In this document: piece after piece, positions 1-9,745 of the stretch | Position numbering within the stretch: the stretch's first letter is position 1 | Layout of the letters: each line of letters starts with the position of its first letter | NCBI GenBank assembly: GCA_002269645.1 | Contig: NIVC01000142.1 | Location: 434,001-498,000, forward strand | DNA: 64,000 bases | Direction of reading: 5' to 3' | Source of the DNA: Macrostomum lignano | Lineage: Eukaryota | Position numbers and translations under genes: made by a program | The notes under the pieces: model-generated | Databases searched by the model: none | What the model saw: only the letters and a program-made list of their open reading frames with translations | What the model was told of the DNA's origin: nothing

Positions 1-625
1 CTAAAATAGATGTTCGGCTTATAAAGAGCAGTTCTCAAGGCAGTTTCCTCCCAGAGGCTCATGAAGAGACAGGCATAGCTGGGCGCAAATATGCGCCCCA
101 TGGCTGTGCCTCTAAGTTGTAGGAAAATCATTTTGTCAAATTCAAAGTCATTCCTGTACAAACACAATTCCAGTAGCTTTATTATTTCAGCATCCGGTCT
201 AATGGGATCCGGGTATCGGTTAAAGAATTCCTGGATCGCTGCAATGCCCTGATCTATTGGGATCATGGAGTACAGACTCTGGACATCACAGGTTGCCAGA
301 GTCGAACCTTCCGTGCAGCTTTTATCCATAAGGTGTGCCTTGAAGTCATAGGAGTCCTTAATGAAAGTGGGTTGCGCTTGGGCAATCGGTTTAAGAAAGA
401 AGTCTATGTACTTTTCTGCCCCAATTGCTTCAGAACTACATCCGCTCACAATAGGTCTGCCTGCTGGGACCCGAAAGGGGATCAGCCAGGTGGCCGGGTC
501 CTTGTGAATTTTTGGGAGCAGGTAGAAATGCCGGGGACGGAAGTTCTCTCCGGGACAAAGAAATGCACACTGTTTCTTAGATATGAACTTTCTGTTACAT
601 AAATTGAGGAAGATCCCCCTAAAGT
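1..625 (-). mobile_element. Penelope-like element (PLE) reverse transcriptase fragment, 5'-truncated, runs off the left window edge
   Basis: Manual translation of the minus strand gives a stop-free frame: ...PRHFYLLPKIHKDP...PAGRPIVSGC...KDSYDF...LATCDVQSLYSMIP...QLRGTAMGRIFAPSYACLFM...IYFR. These are PLE-type RT motifs (FYLLPKIHK, GRPIVS, DVxSLY, GTAMG); the catalytic YxDD would lie just beyond base 1. Missed by the ORF track. Confidence 0.9.
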
Positions 626-708
<83 letters not shown>

Positions 709-709
709 T
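626..709. repeat. (GA)n microsatellite
   Basis: Near-pure GA dinucleotide run directly abutting the PLE fragment. Confidence 0.97.
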
Positions 710-897
710 AGAAAACAAACCGCATTTGCCTAGAGCGATCTGGTCACAGAAGCACAATGAGCTGCCCAATGCCAGAGCAAAGGGCTATTTAAGTTCAGCT
801 TGAGCAGGTCTTGCAACAACTCTCTCTCTCTCTCTCTGTCTCGCTGCTGCGCGCTTGTTTATCTGCTTTGATCCTCAAGCCAAAGCAGCAAACAGAA

Positions 898-1437
898 ATG
901 GCCAAGTGCTGCCAGTTGATGCCCTGCTTTCCGCTCCGAGTGATCCGAGCATTCTCAGCCAAGGACCGCAGCCTGTACTGCCTGTTCCACGTGCTGCTCT
1001 GGTGCGGCCTGGTCGCCTTCTTTGCCTGTCTGTCGCTGTACGCAGTCGAGCGTGAGTACGTGTACTTCATCGTGCCGCTGCCCAGCATCTTTCTCATGTT
1101 CGCCGGCCTGTTCGGCTTCCGCTGGCTGGCCATTCGCAATAATGACAAATTCGAGCTGCACCATCGGCGACGGGGGCATCGACGCGGCGTCGCTGGCGAC
1201 GATGGCGAGTCCGGCTCGGTGCCGCACGGCAGCTTCCCGCCGCCGCCGCCGCTGTACGCGCTGGAGTACGACGGGCCAGTTTTCACCATCTACGGGGTGC
1301 TGGTGCCGCCGCCGACTTACGAGGAGGTGCAGGAGGTTGCGGCTGCGGCTGCTGCATCCGCCGCTGATCAGCCTCATCCGCCGGCAGCACTAGCTAGCAC
1401 CGAGGAAACTCCAATCACGAAAGCTTTGACAACTTAG
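898..1437 (+). CDS. Single-exon small membrane protein with two predicted TM helices and C-terminal PPxY motifs
   Basis: ATG at 898 within ORF 811..1437; GC-rich codons; two hydrophobic stretches (LFHVLLWCGLVAFFACLSLYAV; YVYFIVPLPSIFLMFAGLFGFRWL); PPLY and PPTYEEV motifs; TATA-like CTATTTAAG near 784. Family not recognised. Confidence 0.7.
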   Translation: MAKCCQLMPCFPLRVIRAFSAKDRSLYCLFHVLLWCGLVAFFACLSLYAVEREYVYFIVPLPSIFLMFAGLFGFRWLAIRNNDKFELHHRRRGHRRGVAGDDGESGSVPHGSFPPPPPLYALEYDGPVFTIYGVLVPPPTYEEVQEVAAAAAASAADQPHPPAALASTEETPITKALTT

Positions 1438-2109
1438 GAAGAAACGCTGAAAAAGACGCTTATAAACCCGCAGTCGAACTGGTACTTCAACAAGCATTTA
1501 ATGTGATCGCGTCTCAGTATAAGCCAGTTGATTGTTAAATTCTTTTTTTTTGAAAAATTCGATCAGTAAATTTCTATTCCGGTTTCTGGATGCTCAAGAC
1601 GTTCTCATAAGCATGATTCGCGGTGCACATATTCGCCCATGTTCTCGATGTTTATTTTATTTTCCATTTTTATAGGCCCAAGTATTCAATAGTGCTTGCT
1701 TTGTAAGACCTAACGGCCAATAAGCATTATTACTCATGATCAGAATCTCTTTCGCTTACAAAAGTTTTTCTTAATCCACCTGAGCTTCTGCATTTTCTGT
1801 AACCCTTTTCATTTATGATTGTAATTAACTACCGATTCATCGCAGGGTGCCAATTTAAGGTTTCATTGACTTTTCTGGCACTTTTGTCACTGTACTAAAA
1901 ATTATAGCGAATACTACGTTTTCTGTGATGCGTGTATAGTAATACATAGAGGTGATTACAACTAGGTAAACAGGGAGTGCAAGCCCTTCGTGCGGATTGG
2001 TGCACACGGGAAAGTGAGATCTTAGACAGAAAATACGTGAAAGTCCTAAATTTTCGATTAAAGGAACAACTACACGACTTGCATAGAAAAGACGACTTAA
2101 CGTGCATTA

Positions 2110-2289
2110 CAGGCGCGTCGCCACAGAGGGGGATAGGGGGGGGGCATGTCCCGCTCAGTAAAAGCTCTCTCTCTCAAAAACACGACTCTCAAAAAATGGA
2201 AATGTAGGAATTTAGTCATTTACATGCACATGTTGAATTCTTGGTTCTTGGAATTCTTCCCAACCATAAAATCCATGGCGACGCCCCTG
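2110..2289. mobile_element. Short MITE of the CAGG(C/G)GCGTCGCCA-terminated family
   Basis: Termini CAGGCGCGTCGCCA ... TGGCGACGCCCCTG are inverted repeats; internal CATAAAATCCATGG is shared with the 63233-63710 copy. No TSD seen. Confidence 0.65.
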
Positions 2290-2312
2290 CACATATAAGT
2301 AGGTCTTACAGT

Positions 2313-2575
2313 ACAGGTGGGGCGGTGGGGGTAGACAGGTGGGGCGGTGGGGGTAGACAGGTGGGGCGGTGGGGGTAGACAGGTGGGGCGGTGGGGGTAG
2401 ACAGGTGGGGCGGTGGGGTAGACAGGTGGGGCGGTGGGGGTAGACAGGTGGGGCGGTGGGGGTAGACAGGTGGGGCGGTGGGGTAGACAGGTGGGGCGGT
2501 GGGGGTAGACAGGTGGGGCGGTGGGGGTAGACAGGTGGGGCGGTGGGGTAGACAGGTGGGGCGGTGGGGGTAGAC
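2313..2575. repeat. ~22-bp minisatellite (GGTAGACAGGTGGGGCGGTGGG)n
   Basis: About 12 direct copies. Confidence 0.95.
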
Positions 2576-3294
2576 GTGTTTGACTCTCGAGCCACGATCC
2601 CAAGCCATTTTTCCTCCCGTCGAACTACCAATGCCATGCAAGGAGAGAATTCACCCAGACATTTTTGCTGCGCTGGAACAAAGCAACGCAGGCACACGAA
2701 ATTCAATAATTTTTTTCTTGCACACCATCTAAAGCAATAATCAATTTCAAGTCGCCATCCCTCCGGACCGTCCAGATATTCAATAATTCCGCCAGAAGGT
2801 CAAATTTCAGCGCTAGTGGTATTGGATACCAATCAGCCCTGCGCCTTAGGAGGCCAAGCCTCCAAATTTCATCAGCACGTCGACCACGCGTGTTTGCATC
2901 AGCTCTGACTTGGTTAGTCAAAGTCACCCAGCATTCACCCAGGCGGAGCTTCTGTACCTTCAACAGGTGGCATCAGGTGACTACATGTATGATGAACATT
3001 CACTCCATTGCGAATTTCTCTGATGTTTCTGATAAAGCCTCGATCACAGAATACTGTACAAGCCTCAACTGCTGGGTATCCTCAACTTAGTCTCTCAAGC
3101 ATTCGGTCATCATCCAGACGCCGTCGTCGGCTCCTTCAACAGCCGTGACACCAGGTGACTATGGACACCCTGTTGAATCTGTGTTGGATTTTTTATCAAG
3201 CCTCGTCATAAAATACTATACAATTTTCTAAACGAAAAGCGTAATGTATTTTTTCTGTAAAACACGCAGCTGCCTCCCAAAATTTTCCAAGAAA

Positions 3295-3652
3295 CGTACG
3301 TGTAGTTTCCAGCCTGTCTGTACTTGAGTAGTCCTTCTTTGTGTCCTTGAGCAAGACAATTAAGTCGGCGCTTCAGTTCATCCAGCTGTAAAATATATAG
3401 CTACATGTACAAGCATTAGCAGGGGTATTGAGGGTGTTATTTACTATCCCATAAGCTTAGGGGTTGTGGCCTGTTAGTTAGAGCGTACGATTGAAATTAT
3501 ATAAATCGATTCGATTGAAAAGTATATTCGATTCGATTATTCGATTAGAACTAAAACAGTTTGTACGTGTCCTTGGGCAAGTCACTTAACTCTGCATTGC
3601 TTCAGTTCACACAACTGGAAAATCGGTACCAGCATTAGCTGGTGTAATTGAG
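3295..3652 (+). mobile_element. Two adjacent degenerate SINE-like copies with a CORE-like central domain
   Basis: GTGTCCTTGGGCAAGTCACTTAAC...CTTCAGTTCACACAACTGGAAAAT (3567-3623) and GTGTCCTTGAGCAAGACAATTAAG...CTTCAGTTCATCCAGCTGTAAAAT (~3342-3393) resemble the MIR/CORE domain; A-box-like GTGGCCTGTTAGTTAGAGCG near 3466. Confidence 0.5.
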
Positions 3653-3657
3653 GTTGT

Positions 3658-4540
3658 TGTGACGATTATGACGACACAGTCCCAGGATCAAATGACGAAG
3701 ACGAATAACGGAGGCAATTTGTGTAGCGGTAGCACTCATACAATGGCGTGCGATGGCGATTATTTATTATGGTTAAATAGGCTCGCTCGCTATAGATTCC
3801 AGTCGGCAATAAAGAGACTGGGCCTGATTGGAAGCTGAATCCGTAACTATGGTAAAGTTACGTAACGTAACTTTGGGCACTGCGGCAGGCAACAATAATG
3901 GTGATGGATAGCTAAATAGGCTACGGGCGATGGAGTGGCGATGATATGATGGCAATGAGATAGGATAGAGGCAGCACTCTCTCTGGCTTGAACTTGGCAG
4001 TGGCGTGGCTTGAACTTGGGCGGAGTGAACTTGGCGGAGTGAACTTGGCGGAGTGAACTTGGCGGAGTGAACTTGGGCGGAGTGAACTTGGCGAAGTGAA
4101 CTTGGCGAAGTGAACTTGGCGGAGTGAACTTGGGCGGAGTGAACTTGGCGGAGTGAACTTGGGCGGAGTGAACTTGGTGGAGTGAACTTGGCGGAGTGAA
4201 CTTGGTGGAGTGAACTTGGTGGAGTGAACTTGGCGGAGTGAACTTGGGCGGAGTGAACTTGGCGAAGTGAACTTGGCGGAGTGAACTTGGGCGGAGTGAA
4301 CTTGGCGGAGTGAACTTGGCGGAATGAACTTGGCGGAGTGAACTTGGCGGAGTGAACTTGGGCGGAGTGAACTTGGCGGAGTGAACTTGGCGGAGTGAAC
4401 TTGGCGGAGTGAACTTGGCGGAGTGAACTTGGCGGAGTGAACTTGGCAGAGTGAACTTGGCCGAGGCGGAGAGAGAGAGAGCGCGGGCCGGAAAACAAAA
4501 GAGGGTCAACCCCGGGCGCCCCAGCCAGACAGGACTGTGT
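3658..4540 (-). mobile_element. LTR-like repeat copy A (inverted partner of 4711-5199), carrying an internal minisatellite expansion
   Basis: Reverse complement aligns by eye, block by block, with 4716-5199. Confidence 0.55.
4005..4460. repeat. 14-15-bp minisatellite (GAACTTGGCGGAGT)n
   Basis: About 31 direct copies. Confidence 0.95.
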
Positions 4541-4558
4541 GACGTTGTCAGTTGAGGT

Positions 4559-4574
4559 GGCCCCGACAAGGGCC
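4559..4574 (-). other. Orphan, degenerate histone 3' stem-loop (GGCCCT-TGTC-GGGGCC)
   Basis: Minus strand reads CGCTAAAACGGCCCTTGTCGGGGCCACC versus CGCTAAAACGGCCCTTTTCAGGGCCACC downstream of H2A; no histone CDS upstream. Confidence 0.7.
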
Positions 4575-4627
4575 GTTTTAGCGAAAGCAGTGCCATATAA
4601 TGTCTGTTTTCAAGTTGGTTTTCAAGC

Positions 4628-5287
4628 CGGCCAATAGGAAAGTTGCGCATATTTTATGTTAAGTCCGGATTATGCTTTGTTGTGCGCCCACCCCAACCCG
4701 CTCGTTAACATGTAAGTCCTGTCTAGCTGGCGCGCCCGGGGTTGGCTTGTTTCTTGGTTCTTGTTTTGTTCTTGTTTACCGACCGGCGCTCTCTCTCTCC
4801 CCGCCTCGGCCAAGTTCACCCCGGCAAATTCAAGCCACGCCACTGCCCCGAGTGGGGATCACGCCACACTTCCACCGCCGCCACTTCGCGGCACTTCTCC
4901 ATAGTTCTACACCATTGCCATCATTCCTTCGCCACTTATCGCCGTAGCCTATAGCTATCCATTACCATTATTGTTGCCTGCCGCAGTGCCCAAAGTATCA
5001 TAGTTCGGATTCAGCGCCAAATCAGGCCCAGTCCCACTATTACATTGCCGACTGGGATCTATAGCGAGCGAGTCTATCTAACCATAATAAATAATCGATA
5101 ACATAACAACTACATGTAAGCCTGAGTGCTACCGCTACTACACAAATCGCCTCCGTTATTCGTCTTCGTCATTTGACCGTGTCGTCCTTAATCGTCACAA
5201 ATGATTAACGAGCGGGCTGGGGGTGGGCGCACAAGGAAAGCTTAATTTTAGGCTAGCATAAAATATGCGCGGCCTTCCTATTGGCCG
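4628..5287. mobile_element. Composite: ~85-bp imperfect inverted repeats (4628-4711 / 5201-5287) bracketing a TG...CA-bounded 489-bp LTR-like unit (4711-5199)
   Basis: Both arms start CGGCCAATAGGAA...GCGCATATTTTATG...TGTGCGCCCACCCCA.CCCGCTCGTTAA; the inner unit starts TGTAAG, ends GTCACA and has AATAAA near 5085. No TSD found. Confidence 0.55.
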
Positions 5288-6605
5288 ACGAGAATTAAAT
5301 GCCTGCATTGCCTCCCCTATGCTTAGTAAGTCTTAATAAAGAGATTTACCCGATCAAACGTTTGGATAGTAACTGCATACCAAATGCATATTTGGGGGGG
5401 GTGGGCAAATTGCAGACAGAATCTAGCTGCCAAAATGCTCTGCAGGAAAAAAGCATTGCGGGCAAATCTCCGCGGGAAAAGCTCGGCTGGCAAATCTCGA
5501 CGGGCAAATCTCCTGCGGGCAAATCTCGGAGGGAATTTCGTCTGGGGGAAATTCTCATGGACCCAAAGATTCCATAGATTCCCAAAAGGACGTCCTTGCA
5601 GGATCCCCACTAAATTGCATGCGGCAAATGATCCTTGTAAAGACAGACTGTCGGTAAGCAGAATTTGCAATTGAAGGAGAAGGTTCAGTCCAATACTTGA
5701 ATGAAAAGTTTTAATCGTTTTTAGATGTTTCTTCTTTAAAATATAGCATTTTTAAATTTTTATATGGTTAGCCTATGCCACAAAAATTGTTACACTGAGT
5801 GTTTGTTTTGTTGGACCATTTTGAACGGACGACTTGAATTTAATTTCACCCACGTGCACGTCGTAACGTAATTCTGACGTTGTCGTTCTCAAGACCTCAA
5901 GTGCTAGTGCTAGTGCTAGTGCCAGCTTAGGTAGGTGTAGCAGCTAGCTTAGGTAGGTCTAGTATAGATATGCTTCTATAGCTACTCCAAATCCATCAAT
6001 ATTTTGTCCCAATTACTGTTAAAAATGATAATACTTAATAGCACTTGAATACTCCAGAGTTATCTTACAGAGGTTTGCCAAAATGTACAATTTTCTAATA
6101 GAGGATAGACCTGTTTATTACATAAATCAAATTGTATAGGCCTACATTCTATGGTTATGCTGCCTATTGTCTTTGGAATGAAATTAAATAACTTCTAAAT
6201 AGGTTTAATTTTATGGAAGATCATTTTAGAATCAGGAGTGTCCATTCTATTCAATGTCCCTATGAGCAATATGTTAATATATTGGTGCAATAGGCCTATC
6301 TGGTCTAGTCTGGATTCTGGATTTTCATTAGCCATGTGACTTAATTTTGACTAAAAATGCAACTTACTTGTGCAATTTACCAAATAAAAAATTGTTAGTT
6401 TGCCAAAAAGTAAAAATGTGGCAATAGGGCCTAAATCATCAATTTTTCTGATATCCTTGGTTGGTCTACCATAATTTATACTAGTCCCCCAGGTCTAGCT
6501 AGATTAGCTAGTTCTGTTCTGTTCTGCTATTAGGCTTAGTTTTGAATAATGAATGAATAAGCATTAAACCTTATTAGGTATTTGGGTATACTCCTTTCTT
6601 ATAAG

Positions 6606-7602
6606 TGAAGTACAATGGGGTTTCTTCCCGGTTAGGCACTTAAGGATTACCTTAAGTCTCGAGCCTCTTCAGAGGGAAGTTCTCTCAAATCTCAGTAGCG
6701 TAGGTAGTGCTGCCACCAGTTCCTTCAGGTCTCGGCCTTCGGTGAGGTGAGCTTCCCGTCGGAACGAAATAATGAAGTCAACGAACACAGCACGACGTGC
6801 AGATTTGCAGCTCAACGTATAAGGCGTCTCGTCAGCAGCACCTGCCGGGCTTGGATGGTACAGGGAGGGCTGAGTTAGCCTCTCGTAGACTTGGGTTGGT
6901 TTGGTCGGGTCTCAGTCGGAGCAATAGGAACAGAATCAATGGGCGCAAAGACTCGGACACTCGGGACTTAGTCACACGCGGACGTAGAACTCGAGGTTGA
7001 ACAGAAGGAAGACTCCTTGACGGAAACAAGGGGGAGAGGGCTCCTATTTATAGCCGGGAAATTCCCACGCTCCAGACCTCGTGACTTGTTCTATTTTTAG
7101 AACTGACGTCACTCGAGAGTCTCAGGCAGGGTACAAGCGCGCGGAAGACCTCGTGACCTGTTCTATTTTTAGAACTGACGTCACTTGAGGGTCCCCGGCA
7201 GAGTACACATGGCTGTGACTCAGTTGCTATTTTTAGCAACATGAGTCACTCCTCTCCTTAGAAAAGGGAGGGGTCCGAAAGCATGTGACTCACCCGGTAA
7301 ACAGGGCCAACGAGTGCAGTAAACATGTTTACTGCACTTTAAGACTCAAAGAACGCAAGAGCTGTCATGTGACTTGCTCACAGGACAGAGGAAAACAGGA
7401 TGGAAGCGAAACAGAGACAGCCCACAGTCGAGAGACTGAGGGCTGAGAACGGAGACGCAACAGGGCGGAAAGGGACACGGGGGGGCAACAGGCAAACGAA
7501 AAAGGGACGGGAAGCTGACCAGCGGCAGACAGCAACCCAAAGGGAGGGCAAGGGAGCGGCTGACAAGGGCGACGCCTAACAATAAACTAGCGGCTCACTA
7601 CA
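6606..7602 (-). repeat. 3' LTR (997 bp)
   Basis: Matches 15992-16987 by eye except one extra G in a G-run near 7480. Confidence 0.97.
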
Positions 7603-7614
7603 CTCTCCCCGTTC
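7603..7614 (-). promoter_or_regulatory. Polypurine tract
   Basis: Minus strand GAACGGGGAGAG immediately precedes the TG of the 3' LTR. Confidence 0.9.
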
Positions 7615-8235
7615 AAATAAAGAGGCGGAGTGAAGGCGGAGCGCGCCTTTATTTAAAAGGTAAACTGCAGAAAATAAAATTTTGATTGGCAAAAAGGTGG
7701 TAACTTTGGCAGAATAGCAGAGAAGGGGCTGGGTTAGGCCCATGATTGGAACCCTAAACGCGTGTGCGGGGCGCCTGCCCGCTTGAAGTCAGCGCCTAAA
7801 TACCGGGTTGCACAAATAACTGCAGCGCCCGTAAAAGGGATGGCAAATACAGGTAAGGGGACAAAAGAAGCCACAGTGGGCTATAAAAGCGCGGCTGGGC
7901 GAGGCCGTACTACCGCCCCATACGGTATTAATGGAGTCACACCAAAGCATGAAGGGGGGCGCCAGCCCCATGATACGCAAGAGGCGCCTAAATATGGGGG
8001 ATGCGGGAGTTCATGCAGAGCCCCGGGGTAAAAGGCAAAAGACTGGCCACAAGGGCACAAATGGTTGATGCCGAAAATGAGCACAAAGGACAAATGCCGC
8101 TCATATACGAAGAGGGGACGTAAACGGCGCGACTGCGCAAAAATTCGCACGTGCAGCGCAGGGCTGCTGAGGGCGCTAGCAAAAGGGCGCGACGAAAATT
8201 GGAGTCACCTGGGGTTTGTCAGTCCAGGGTTAAAG

Positions 8236-9611
8236 TTACTCTTGCCGGTCACAGTGGCGCACGAGATCCGGGACCTCCGGCGTCCGACCCGCCATCTGGG
8301 CCGCAATTAGCCGGGCGACGACGCGGGCCGTCTCGGGATGCGGCGGACGCCTGAGCGTCGGTGCCGCGAGCTGGGCGGCCTCGTCCATTAGCCGCTGCCG
8401 ATCCTCATCCGTAAGGGCGCGGAGACAGGCCCATCGCGGCCAGTCCGCGAGGGTTGGCAGTCGGTTCAATTGGGCGGCAGCAGTCAGCTGTTGGGCGATA
8501 AAGTACACCGCCTCAATATAGCGGTTAACGGCAGCTTGAACAGCTGGCGAAAGGCCCGGTGGCGACGATCCGTTGTCCTCGGACTCATTGTCTGATGAGT
8601 CTGGGTCGCGTGGCTCCGGCGAGTTGGGCGGTGCCGGAGGGACTGCGTTGTTAGTAGGCAGGGCCTGTCGCAGCTCGGTGGTTAGCTCCTGCAGGGTGGT
8701 CGCCTCCGAATTGTTGCCGTCAGTCTGGCAGGCGGCCTCTACTCTGCCTGGGGCCACGGGTTCTCCGGCTCGGGAACAGTTGGCAGCCAGACTTGGTCGT
8801 CGCGGGGCGGTGAAGCCGGTTCCAGTCGGAGCTCTGGCCCCGATATTCTGCAAAGAAAAACTGAGTTGGGGGCGGGCTGCGCCGACGGTTTGCTGGCGTC
8901 ATCCGACGACTCTGGCCGGGTGTCCCGAGTTTCGATCTTGGTCGATGTTGGCGTCGGCTGCCGGGGCGCGAGCTGTTGTCGAAGCTCCGCTAGGCCTTCG
9001 GCGACGACTTCGGCGGCCGACCCACCGGCCGGTCGGTACTTAGTAGTCGGGCTTAGCCCCGGGGAGTCCGGCTCCGTCAAGTCAATGAAGACGGGCGTCG
9101 GCGGTCGGGGACGCTGGCGTCTCGATCCTTGAGCCTGATCAGCCGTCGCTGCGGGCTTAGGTCTCTCGCTGCTGTGGCCCGCGGCCTCTCTAGCCTGATC
9201 CTGCTCGACTTGCCAACGGATCTCAGCGATTCCTTGAGAGATTCCGTCGGTCGATGCAGTGGCTGCCAGGCTCGATGATGGGGCGGCCGCAATACGGCGA
9301 ACAACGGGCGGGTTCTCCGAGGGCGTCCCCTCGGCACCGGCGGTCCGGTTGTGCCCCGGCCGCTGTCGCCTGCGGCGCCTAGGACGTGGCCGGCGTACCT
9401 CTAGTGGCGGTGACGGGGCTCTCTCCTCCTGAGGAAGGGTGAGCCGTAGCCGGGGAGGGATTCGGGCAACCTCCCGGTGTTCGCCCGACTCAAATTGGCC
9501 GCCGGCTGCCCCAATGGGCGGACCTGCTTCGGCCTCGTGCCGCGAGCGGCGATGGCGATTCTCCGCCGACGGCGTGCGCTCAGTGCGCTTGGCGGTACGG
9601 CGAGAGTGCAT
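8236..9611 (-). CDS. Extra 3' ORF of the Gypsy element (ORF3 or long integrase C-terminal extension), apparently split by one frameshift near 8870; unknown function
   Basis: ORFs 8739..9800 and 8236..8853 overlap and join if one C is added in a C-run. ATG at 9611 is preceded by the acceptor-like CATTTCAG. Arg-rich, Pro/Ser-rich, no signal peptide or TM segment. Confidence 0.6.
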
Positions 9612-9745
9612 TTCTGCGCTGAAATGCGTTTCGATTTGTGCGCGGATGCGGGCGGTGCGGCTAACATAAGTCTTAGCCTTAGGATTAATAATCAGCCTTT
9701 CAGGCTGCCTACGATTCCTAGCCGGCCTACCGGCATCTACAATTC

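Noticed and set aside
2703-3150. Minus-strand fragment with Walker-B-like LIIALDGVQE (possible STAND/NACHT relic)
   Set aside because: Multiple stops upstream, no Walker A, too short to assign.
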